In this document: positions 43,604 to 56,200 of the stretch, piece after piece | Position numbering within the stretch: the stretch's first letter is position 1 | Layout of the letters: each line of letters starts with the position of its first letter | Source of the DNA: Syncephalis fuscata S228 | Taxonomy: Eukaryota; Fungi; Zoopagomycota | Length of the DNA stretch: 64,000 nt | Assembly (NCBI GenBank): GCA_025786725.1 | Contig: JAHLTZ010000019.1 | Span: 248,001 to 312,000 of the forward strand | Reading direction: 5' to 3' | Position numbers and translations under genes: made by a program | The notes under the pieces: generated by a model | What the model was told of the DNA's origin: nothing | What the model saw: only the letters and a program-made list of their open reading frames with translations | The model's database searches: none

Positions 43604-46600
43604 GTGTTAAATGACTATTTTTAATAACATCCAATCTATTGAACGTGTAGCTAAGTGGTGAATGACATCAATTATCAAATACTCATCATTGTAGATTTAT
43701 TATTCAGTATGCATATATCCAGTATACATATATTTTCTATTCATCTATATCATTCTCATTATATCCTACACTACTATATATCATTCTATTCCATACTAAA
43801 CACATTCTATTGTTTATATACTTTAGTGTACTTTACTCATTCTACTCATTATGCTATACGCACTATAACCTTAACATGGTTATATGCTTTCTTATCGTAC
43901 ATTTATCATTTTATATATTATTCTGTCCGCATACAGTCTTCTTTTATCCAAAACTGCTTTTATTTTTGTTTTAGCTTTATCCTTAATAAATGTCGACTAA
44001 TTCTGCTCATCTGTTCATGCATACATGCTCAATAACTTCAACATTGCTAATCGTACACTTTTCCTTGTATATTCATTCTATTCTATGTCGTTTTATTGTA
44101 TAGTAAATACGCGCTACTCAAGCTATTGCCTGTTTATCGCTAGCCTTATTCGTTGTAAATATCAACTCATTTTATTTTTCCATACATGCACATTATAGCT
44201 TTATCACTCACACTCACACTCCTCTTGCTGTTCATTCAGCTTGTCTTATATCATTGTATACTCTGCTGGCTACATTCTATTAAACCCTGTTGCTAATTTG
44301 TTGTTAGTCTTATTGGTTATAAATCTTGAATCACGTAGCTATAAATTCAACACAGCCATTTATGTTTTCCTTGTTACTTTATAGTATTATCAGTTCTAAT
44401 AATGGTGCGTTACATTTAGAGACTGTCTGTTTATTGTTATCTGCATTATTTGCACAACTCAATTCATTTTACTCATAGACTTAATACAAATGATTTTAAT
44501 ATTATTTATGGAATACTTTATAACTATTTAAATAGGATAGCTAAGTATAGAATCACTAGCACTGCAGTTGTAGATATTACTGATCATTTTATTACTACTT
44601 TTAATTACATCAAATAAACTTGATAAATTACAACGTATTTTAAAACTTTGAAATCTATTGCATTAGTGCTTGTCATAAACTACTGGCTAGATACCGATGC
44701 CATTTAATTATGTTATGGCTATATAAATGGTCAGCATTGCTTTAAAATAAAGTCATAATTGATATTACTGAATAAACAGAGCTACTTGCTATGCTATATG
44801 TAAAGTTTAGTGTAAATCATTTTTACGCTTAATTGGTTAAATCGTGTAACCTAGATTTAATCCATCAGTTTATCGCACTGTAAAGATCTTGCTGATATTA
44901 GTGTTTGGCTAATATGGTGGATAGTAGCAAAGATTCTTTATACAATAGGTGAGCAGAGTGCTTTTTAGACAAGAAGATAAATGGCTTAGCGCATACTAAA
45001 CTAACAGGTACGTATACTAAGATTCCTACTAGAGTGATGATGGCCATTTATATGGAAGACTACGAGTAATTACGTAGTATATTGGTCATATATGGTTTCA
45101 GGTGACTCATGTTTTATTACGACATTTTCCGCTATTGCCGCAGTATATAAGCAGACTTTACCACTCCTCTAAACCAGCATTGCCTTTTTATCTTCTCTTT
45201 CTACTCTTTACCACTGGACATACGCTACACTCATTCGCTCTTACTGTCATTAGTTGTTTAATATGCTTTGCACTCGCTGGACGTCTAATGATTACAGGAT
45301 CGCTGCTGCTCATTATTTGGCATATTTAAGATAAGTAAACTAGTGTGTGCGCAGTGTAATACAGTCACTCTGTTAGCTATGTTGAACATCGAGAGATATA
45401 TAGTCAACTAGACACTATATGATTTTGCGGATGCATTCCAGCATGCTGCGAACGGTGTTAGATCACACTTAGCTGATTAGACTTCTGAATAGCGAATATG
45501 GTTATTGCTATGTGTTTGCCTGTTGTAATTGCATTGATGGTATTTGGGAGTATATGCAATATATAGTCTCTGCTTGGAGATATCACCTGTGCTAAATTCA
45601 ATATGGAAGTGGTGATAAAGCTATGTTGTTTATACAGCTTCCGCTATCTGGAACTTGCATGAAAGTGCATAGGATTTATACAATACAACGTATACAAACT
45701 GCCTCCATGATCATGCAGGGAATAGTAGTGATGGGTGCAGTTGGTTGAATAGTTTATGCGCGCTAGTAGTCTTGGTCATGCTCACTGCAGAAGGCAAAGG
45801 AACTTGTGTTTTGTGGCTATGACCAACAGCTGTTCTGAATTCATATCAGTGTAATTGCTCAACAAACATTATTGCGGCGGTTAATTTGCATGCTAGTTTA
45901 CTTATTTTAACTGATATAGATCCAAAAAATAGTTAAATTCAGCAAGAACAAGGCCACAATGCGCCACTAGTTACTTGGTTTGTATTATTATATTAGTGTT
46001 ATGTAATTTTGTCAACTAAATAAAGGTAACGTTTTCTTTTGCAAATATTAACATATTACAATCAATTGTATTCAATACAACTACATCATACTAAATATTT
46101 AAATAAAATACAAGTGCTTTATTTTGCTAATTAAATTAAATATTTCTATTACTGCTATTTAATAATTTATTAATATTTAATGTGATTTAGTGGTCAAATG
46201 ACTGTATTTGATAATATTTATACATTTAAGTTAAACTTTCTTGCTATTGAACATGACGATGGGTGGTGAGTGACGTCAATCATCAAGTACTCATCAGTGT
46301 ATATTATTATCCAGTATGCATATATCCTCTATTCACCTATATCATTCCATTATATCCTACACTACTATATATCATCGTATGATATACTAAACACATTCTA
46401 TTGTTTATATGTTCCAATATACTTTACTCATTCCACTCATTGCGTTATATGCACTACAACTTTAATATTGTTTTATATGCTTTCTTACTGTATATTTATT
46501 CCGCTTTATATCATTCTATAGTATAACGTCAATATGTTACTTGGAACTGTTGTTTGTTTGATTACCAATAATAAATATTTTTATTAATTTGCTTACGCAT

Positions 46601-49600
46601 ATATGTGCTGTGTAACTATTTGATAGACAAATCAGTTGGTGTAAATTGGTATGGCTTTGGTACCGATTGAGCAGAATGATGAGTTGGTGAGTATGTAAGC
46701 GAGAAGAAAGCCAGAGATAAAAGAGTGTGAACAGTAATAACATAGTACTGCAGCAATGATATATGCGTACTAGATAATGAATACACAGAATAAATATTTT
46801 AATAATTGTTACTATTTAGCATTCAGCTTCATGTTCAATAAAACGGAATGTAGTTAGTTACGCGAAAGATGCTTGGCACATAATGCTGACACATAATGCT
46901 TAGCGCAAATGCTGGCACATAATGCTTAGCGCAAATGCTGGCACATAATGCTTAGCGCAAATGCTGGCACATAATGCTTAGCGCAAATGCTGGCACATAA
47001 TGCTTAGCACAAATGCTGGCACATAATGCTTAGCACAAATGCTGGCACATAATGCTTAGCAGCAAATGCTGGCACATAATGCTTAGCGCAAATGCTGGCA
47101 CATAATGCTTAGCGCAAATGCTGGCACATAATGCTTAGCGCAAATGCTGGCACATAATGCTTAGCACAAATGCTGGCACATAATGCTTAGCGCAAATGCT
47201 GGCACATAATGCTTAGCGCAAATGCTGGCACATAATGCTTAGCACAAATGCTGGCACATAATGCTTAGCGCAAATGCTGGCACATAATGCTTAGCGCAAA
47301 TGCTGGCACATAATGCTTAGCACAAATGCTGGCACATAATGCTTAGCGCAAATGCTGGCACATAATGCTTAGCGCAAATGCTGGCACATAATGCTTAGCA
47401 CAAATGCTGGCACATAATGCTTAGCGCAAATGCTGGCACATAATGCTTAGCACAAATGCTGGCACATAATGCTTAGCGCAAATGCTGGCACATAATGCTT
47501 AGCGCAAATGCTGGCACATAATGCTTAGCGCAAATGCTGGCACATAATGCTTAGCGCAAATGCTGGCACATAATGCTTAGCGCAAATGCTGGCACATAAT
47601 GCTTAGCGCAAATGCTGGCACATAATGCTTAGCGCAAATGCTGGCACATAATGCTTAGCGCAAATGCTGGCACATAATGCTTAGCGCAAATGCTGGCACA
47701 TAATGCTTAGCGCAAATGCTGGCACATAATGCTTAGCGCAAATGCTGGCACATAATGCTTAGCGCAAATGCTGGCACATAATGCTTAGCGCAAATGCTGG
47801 CACATAATGCTTAGCGCAAATGCTGGCACATAATGCTTAGCGCAAATGCTGGCACATAATGCTTAGCGCAAATGCTGGCACATAATGCTTAGCGCAAATG
47901 CTGGCACATAATGCTTAGCACAAATGCTGGCACATAATGCTTAGCGCAAATGCTGGCACATAATGCTTAGCGCAAATGCTGGCACATAATGCTTAGCGCA
48001 AATGCTGGCACATAATGCTTAGCGCAAATGCTGGCACATAATGCTTAGCGCAAATGCTGGCACATAATACTTAGCGCAAATGTTGGCACATAATGCTTAG
48101 CGCAAATGCTGGCACATAATGCTTAGCGCAAATGCTGGCACATAATGCTTAGCACAAATGTTGGCACATAATGCTTAGCGCAAATGCTGGCACATAATGC
48201 TTAGCGCAAATGCTGGCACATAATACTTAGCGCAAATGTTGGCACATAATGCTTAGCGCAAATGCTGGCACATAATGCTTAGCACAAATGCTGGCACATA
48301 ATGCTTAGCGCAAATGCTGGCACATAATGCTTAGCGCAAATGCTGGCACATAATGCTTAGCGCAAATGCTGGCACATAATGCTTAGCGCAAATGCTGGCA
48401 CATAATGCTTAGCGCAAATGCTGGCACATAATGCTTAGCACAAATGCTGGCACATAATGCTTAGCGCAAATGCTGGCACATAATGCTTAGCGCAAATGCT
48501 GGCACATAATGCTTAGCGCAAATGCTGGCACATAATGCTTAGCGCAAATGCTGGCACATAATACTTAGCGCAAATGCTGGCACATAATGCTTAGCGCAAA
48601 TGCTGGCACATAATGCTTAGCGCAAATGCTGGCACATAATGCTTAGCGCAAATGCTGGCACATAATGCTTAGCGCAAATGCTGGCACATAATGCTTAGCG
48701 CAAATGCTGGCACATAATACTTAGCGCAAATGTTGGCACATAATGCTTAGCGCAAATGCTGGCACATAATGCTTAGCGCAAATGTTGGCACATAATGCTT
48801 AGCACAAATGTTGGCACATAATGCTTAGCACAAATGTTGGCACATAATGCTTAGCACAAATGCTGGCACATAATACTTAGCACAAATGTTGGCACATAAT
48901 GCTTAGCGCAAATGCTGGCACATAATACTTAGCACAAATGCTGGCACATAATGCTTAGCACAAATGCTGGCATATAATGCTTAGCACAAATGTTGGCACA
49001 TAATACTTAGCACAAATGCTGGCACATAATGCTTAGCACAAATGTTGGCACATAATGCTTAGCGCAAATGTTGGCACATAATGTTTAGCACAAATGCTGG
49101 CACATAATGCTTAGCACAAATGCTGGCACATAATGCTTAGCACAAATGCTGGCACATAATGCTTAGCACAAATGCTGGCACATAATGCTTAGCGCAAATG
49201 CTGGCACATAATGCTTAGCGCAAATGCTGACACAATGCTCATTTCCCTCATTCCGTTATATGCACTATAACCTCAACACCGATTATCATACACTTTCCAT
49301 TGTATATTTATTCTAATGCATATTATTTCATGCTTGCATAATCTTCCTTTATCCAAAACTATTTTTATTTTGTTCTGGCTTTATCCTTAATAAATGTCGA
49401 CTAATTCCACTCATTGATCATGCATATATACTCAATAACTTCAACATTGCTAATTACTGTTCAATATTGTATATTCGTTATATTGCATATCATTTTATTG
49501 GTTATTAAATATGCACTAGTTATTGCAGTTGTCCGTTTGGTTCTAGCACTGTTATTAATAAATCTTAACTCATTCACCTCATTCATTTAGCAAGTTATAT

Positions 49601-49779
49601 TTAGTTGAAACCTATAACAATAAAATATGTCTATTAGGTCAAGAATGGCTTATAGCAGTATGTGTATACAATAGGGATGATATATATGAATAGAGAGTAT
49701 ATGCATACTGAACAACAAATCTACGATGGTGAGTATTTGATAATTAACGTCACTCACCATCCATCATCATGTTCAATAG
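43604..49779 (+). mobile_element. Composite non-autonomous repeat (copy B) with an expanded internal satellite
   Basis: Inverted near-identical copy of 23780-27646. It begins with a + module and ends with a - module. Confidence 0.9.
46873..49238. repeat. 26-bp tandem satellite (GCTTAGCGCAAATGCTGGCACATAAT)n, about 90 copies
   Basis: Uninterrupted head-to-tail array of about 2.36 kb with few variants. Confidence 0.98.
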
Positions 49780-49925
49780 GTTGGGTGCTATTAAATAATT
49801 ATTTGGTCTTCAAATGGTAATAAATTATTGGTGAAGGGTAATGCGTAATTACCAAGTATGGTAGTATTAAATATGAAACAATACCAAAAACAATAACTAA
49901 AAACTACTACTTTTTTCTCCTTGCT

Positions 49926-52900
49926 ATGCAGACCAATAACCAATTAAAGTATGGATCGAATGGCTATTCAAAAAAAGCATTGAGCTTCTCTTTGTCGAGA
50001 TGGCCAATGTTAGAGTCTTCAAAAGCACCTTCAAAAGCAACCTTTGGTTTATTAGGGGCCGCATTATACACGGGAAAGGAACAGGGACGCTGGCAATTTC
50101 AGAGCTGTATTCAACAGCGTAAGTAATTGGTAGCGAATTCATACATGAGCTAAAAGTTGTTTTATAGATATTACAATTAATACCATTGGTTTACCAACAC
50201 TTATACAAGGGTCAATTCCTCCAGTTACAGAACAAACTGCGCTATGCACGACAGTACCTTCAACGCGTCATGGCAAGGTCATAGCAACGTTGGATATAAG
50301 TAAAAGTCACGTAGCATGTCCTAGTTATGACCAGCTTAATTGTCTTAGTAAGTGTTGTATATAGTTGACAAACAGTTATTTATTTTGTATCAGCCGTATA
50401 CAGGGATTCAGTTCAGCCGGGTGTCAATCAATGGTCGCCAGTTGCTCGTTATCAATTAAAGAAACCAATTCAAGAGGTTGTATGTGGTCCCGATCCATCT
50501 GAAGGATTGGGTGAGTAAATTGAAAAGATTTTATGCAAATATTAACCATTATGCGTAGACTTATTGGCGGTACGGGAGGATCAAACGATTACAATGTTGG
50601 GCTATCGTCAAAACCAAACATATGACAATCCATTATTTAAGATTGATACGCTGAAATTCAAAGACACGCCTCAATCAGTTGCATTGAATCCGCACATTTA
50701 CGGAGAAACCATCATTTCTACGGGCAGCACAATATTTCATTGGGATAGCGAAAGAATGAGCGATGGGTAGGTATAAGAGATAAAGGTTTATTCTAGCCAT
50801 TAACTATGCGACAACCAACAATAGAATTATTCCTATCTTTCGAATTCAAGATCAATCATTAAAAAATAATGCAGAAGAACAACGAGCAGGTTGTCAGTTT
50901 GGTCTACACCCACGCGTAGTATGGCTAGCAAATAACAAACAGCTGTTTTCATTAGATTTACGTGTAGGTAATACCGATGGTTAGCAGACGTAGTATTAAT
51001 TTTTAAACATTGTCCAGTCTAAAAACACACGTGCAACACAACAATTTGCAATGAATAGTAGTGAAAGATTTGTAGATTTGGTTTGTGGAGTGGCAAAACC
51101 AGCGCTGAATGCTTTGGCTACTACACAAAATATTTACTTGTTTGATGAACGACTTGCCAGTAAACCATTGGTGACATGGGAAGCAAGACGTGGTTTAGGC
51201 GATAGGTTGGGAAGTCTTAATGCGATCACTGTAAAAGCAAGGGGCGCAAATACCCATTCTATAGATCAACGTAAGACTATCAAAATCTGACTAGTGTAGT
51301 AATAACTAATTAGCGTACAAATAGCACTATTACTTCGTTCATGGTCAGAAACAGCCGAAATTACAGTATTGCCATTGTATGTAGGGTCTTCGGTGCCGAG
51401 TATAGAATCATCTATGGATTTAAAATCGTTTAGAGATTACTATAACTTTCATGATATATCTCGCGCAGAGCATGCGTTGGCTCATGTCAATTTAAAACAT
51501 TCACGAGATGCGTATTGTTCGCCACCCTCTTTGGTTGATTTTAATGTAAAATCAATTATAGTTCAACGTTTTGAGTTAGAGTCTATGGTTAATATGCTAG
51601 ATGACATTACTATGGATAATATCAAAGCACATTATGATAACTTGGATGCCGAATATGATAGTTCAGTAGACATGTTACAAATGTGGCAATTAGCATCAAA
51701 CGGTACTCTTTTTCAACAGTTATATATGATTGATTATATGAATCAGAGTGCAGAAATATTAAATTCGACACCAAAAAGTGAAGAAGTGCTGTTTGAAGAC
51801 AGAGTTATTAATATAAACACTTGGCCCAAAAATGATCCAAGTGTCAAGTGGATGACTAAAAAAAAGCATTTAAAACTTGAAAGATTACAAAATGCATTAA
51901 ATGGTTAGTTATGCGTGGACGATTAACAAACTGGCTAATAATTATAGTTTAGATTTACCACAATTAATTAATACATTTGCTACAAATATACCAAGAAGAT
52001 TAGTGGATAATATTTCAATGCCGCTGGATATGGTTAAGCAACAAAGTGCGATTATTGCTGAGGAGAGTAAATATCCGATAACACTGTAAGCTGCAAATCA
52101 CGATACATTCTTTTAATATTGGCTAACAGCAATACTGGTAGACATGAGCTATTGGCTAAACTAACCAAGTATGAAGGAACAGACGTGTCAGAAACTGCGC
52201 TATGGAAGTCAGTTGGATCTTTATCTGTTAATGATCCAGACTACATACTGTCAGAGATTCCGCTTCCAATGTCAAAGGCTCTAGTTCTAAAACCTTTAAA
52301 CAAAGTGTGGCAATTTAAACCACTAGTTTCAACTTATGGATTGGATAAAGCCAACATTAGAGAAATTATTTATAATACTTTTTCTGTTGATAAGGAAAGT
52401 CAATATGATGTATATAACAGCGAAGATGCCATTGATTTTATGGCATCCACTGAGCAAGAAATTGCAGATCGAATAGCTGATGAGGTTTGGCTAGCAACAC
52501 ATACATGGTGGTCTCTATCTGCAAATCATAATTCGTCTACATCGAAAAAAAGCGAATATTCTCAAAAGACACAAGATACATTTACTTGGTTTTCACCGCT
52601 TGATTCAACTCAACCGGATAATATCATTGCAGATGAAAAATGTTTACAGCAATCTACAGGCAAAGAAAACAAAGTAGCACATCATGCATCTAATAAGCAA
52701 GCAACATCATTTAATTTTCAATCTATTAAGCCTACGTTGACAGAAGCTGCTCTACATCGTATGAGTCAACAGCATCGACAGCCTCAGCTAGTTAGTGATG
52801 CAGCACAAGTACTGTTGCGTGACTGGCAGCAAAGCGATAGTTCAACTAAATTACCGCTACTTACCCATCATACATCGACAAACACAATTAAACGAGTAGC

Positions 52901-53288
52901 ATCAGTCACCGTACCACCTTCTCGTAAAGCAGGCAATTTCCATTCTGAATTATCGTCTTCCGTACCAAATGTTATATCCAGCCCTGCTTATAGTTCAATT
53001 CAAAAAACACCCGCTCCTATTCGTCAAATGACCCATACAGCTGGCTTTGGCAAATCACCATCTATTAGTTCTACTGCCGGTGCACCAAGCCGAGTACCTT
53101 TTGCCAATGTCAAAGTAAAACACCAATCAATGTCGCAGCCAAATGTCGAGACTGGCAATGCTAGTGGAAGTAGATCAAAGCAGCTACCGTTCTCCATGAC
53201 ACAGCCTAGTTCCCAGTTTACAAGTAGTCAATCTGATAAATCGAAGCAACTTAAACAACGAAGAAAGCCACGAAAATCTGGATTTTAA
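49926..53288 (+). CDS. RNA polymerase I core factor subunit Rrn6/TAF1C-like
   Basis: Multi-exon beta-propeller region (VALNPHIYGE, FGLHPRVVWL...LDLR, IYLFDER...PLVTW) and an S/Q-rich tail ending RKPRKSGF. Confidence 0.7.
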
Positions 53289-56200
53289 TTCAACTAAATT
53301 CTTTGCTATGTGTACTATTTATTCCATTTAATAAATCATTTGTTGTGCACCATTATTTCACTTAATAAATATTGTTTACTAAACAGCTTAGCATAAAATG
53401 GAAAAGTGTGACAATCCACAAATACCACAAATCATAAATCAAACATTGCGCAAACTAAAATGGGCGCAATAAACAGCAATGATAATAATAAGAAAGGTAC
53501 TGAATTGATACGAATTTTTTTGGTTGCTTGAAGTAGCAAGTTACTTCTTCAAACCGTAAATTGGTTGCTTAATCGTCATTGACGTACCAATGCGTGGTAC
53601 CAGACGCGCATATTGTAATTATTTGGAAATTATTAATACTGTTAAAGCACATGGCAGATAAAGATCTAGAGGTTGGCTTTGGCATAATAAACATACCAAT
53701 ATAGATTTACAACAGCAGCAGTTTGGCACAACATCAGCTGTCAAATTCTGAATAAGCAGTCTAGATTTTTCACAACCGTTATTTGTCTGAATACGGTACC
53801 AAGAAAACGGCAGACGCTTGAACATCAAGCCGTACTACTAAAACTAGCGTATAAAACGCTGAAACTATTGCATAGAAACTTGAACCAGATTTAACACGCA
53901 TGTACCAGCTAAACAGCAGGTAAATGGTAGCACAGCATCGAATGCGCAAGCGTTATGGATGCGAGCGCAAACAGGTAGGTAAACAAAAAAGTAAGGTAGC
54001 TACGGTTCCCGGTGTAGTACAAAACCTTTTTAAATTGCCAATAACTGTGCACTCAAGCATCCATAGAACGTTTGGCATTGATGGCTGCAATAAGAGTAGA
54101 AGCCAAACGTTGGATGAACTTGAAATTTAGCAAAGCCATCGTTGACACTGGTGCTGCTGAGACGATATCGCGCCAGAGATATCATTTCGCGCAAACAGTT
54201 GATAACGCGGCAGTGCTATGGGCAGTATTAAAAATCCGGGTAAAATAACCAGCCAATAGTTGTGATTAGCTAAGTGAGCTGAACCTTTGGTGATTGCTTG
54301 ATGGACTGGTGATTGGTTGATTAGGATGAGAAAGGATTAATAGTGCTAATGATGATTGGATGGAAGTAAATTAAGCGGTAAAGGTAGTAATGAAACGTAA
54401 TAAATGAAATAAATGAAGTAGACAAGACCGTGACTGTGACCGAGGGTGACCTAACTGAAAAATGATAGAAGAGAAATGAAAGACGAGTGAAGAGAATAGG
54501 AAAGAAGAAGAAGAAGAAAGGAGAGAATGATGGAGAAAGCGCCAATGTTAATGTTGTTGAGATGCATAAAATGCAATGAATTATTATGCATAGTTCTAAA
54601 ATAAAGCAATATTATTTAGGTTGCCGTCTAAACAATAAACTCATATTTCATAACTAGTATACCAAGCTACTGCGATAAAATAGTTAAAAATCCACTTTGC
54701 TTGCGATAAGTGCACAATAAAATGGTTATGCTGCAAATGGTCCGTCGAAAACCGTAAAAAAAAGAAAAAAGTCGAGACGGACGAATGGTCAGTAAATGGT
54801 GTACTGACACATAAAATTAAAATAACCGTGGATGGCAATAAGTGTCCACCATTTGGTTATAGAGTATAATTAAAATAAAAATACGAAGCAGGCGTAAAAT
54901 AGAGATGTCATATAAAATAGACGTTGAGCAGAGATGTACATCTACAATTGAATGAGATATGTGAATAAGGTGAATAGAATGAATTATTTACGGCTAGAAT
55001 GCCATAAAAACACAAGTTATTAAATATTTTTTTGCCTTGAATACAATCCTGCCCTTGATGAAACAGTGTCCAATAGTATTTCGACATAGAATAGTCATTT
55101 GGCCGAATGACAGTAGTGATCTTGGTCATGTTCAAGTTTCTCGAACTAATGATTGGATCCACGCGCGCATAAAAACGCGCGCATGCAGCTAAAACAACTA
55201 TGCTAGAACGGTGGTATATACACGCGCCAAACGAGGGGAAAAGCAAATGCGAAGGATAGCATCGGCGTTAACACGCGTGACGATATACGTGCCGGCTATG
55301 CTCGATGCCCAGTCGCTTAGAAACGCTCCTTTGCTTGTAAAGCAAAGCTTTTCTATGCACATCCTTACTCGGCGTTAAAGCAATTAGTAGCATAAATTGA
55401 TGCTGTATTATGTGATGTAATTATCGTCTGCTACTAAGCAGCAATCGACCAATAAATAGAATTCGCAAACGAGTATTATCGCCGTAGACTAGCACATGAC
55501 TGTTCACATGCTACCAATGACATACCACATCACAGCCCAGTTGTTGAAGCAATAGAAACCCGTTACTTCCATAGTTTATGGCTATATAGGGTACACAAGA
55601 CTAGACTAAGGTTGCACAAGGACATCATCAAAGTCACACATGATTCAAAAGATTTGCCGACTACAACTAATTAGCGAAATCTATTAGTGCACACTTCAAA
55701 GTCCGAGTTTGGCCTTGTACACCGGGGATTTAGTACGCTTGCTTTTTTTTGCTTCTGCTTCTGCTTCTGCTTCTGCTTATTCTCCAATGGTATATCATTT
55801 ATGACGTCATATAAATGTGCTGCATCATGCGCCTTGCTTATGGGAATGGATGCTTTTTCTTCCTTCTGCCGGTTAGTCACTCGGCTAGTCAGTCGGCCCG
55901 CTTATCAGTCTTCGTGCCGATTTCCCTCGTGAATGGCACATCTTCATTATTCGGCTGATTGGTTATCGGATAAACCTGCATTTGGTATTGAGTATGGTCA
56001 TCCTTAATATGCATTGGCCAACTCGTTAAGAACGCAAGTAAGCAGGCAAGCCATCCTATTGCAAAGGCACGTAATGATTCAAGGTGCTGGCGCCGACAAT
56101 ATCCATGCAAAGACTGCATGATCATGGCCATTCCGTAGGATTATGGCGGCGTTTTAGTTATGCCGAACATCTCGCCAAAGGTCACCTGGCATGTGCCTAA

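Noticed and set aside
43655-46743. Hydrophobic Tyr/Ile-rich ORFs in the repeats (also 7665, 8877, 10936, 24731, 27213, 27248)
   Set aside because: These are compositional artefacts of AT-rich repeats; frames differ between near-identical copies and there are no motifs.
46873-49238. CRISPR array
   Set aside because: The repeats are contiguous with no unique spacers, there are no cas genes, and the context is eukaryotic.
46873-49238. Telomere or interstitial telomeric tract
   Set aside because: The array is internal, embedded in a dispersed element, and has no G-rich strand or TTAGGG-like core. It cannot be fully excluded without contig-end data.
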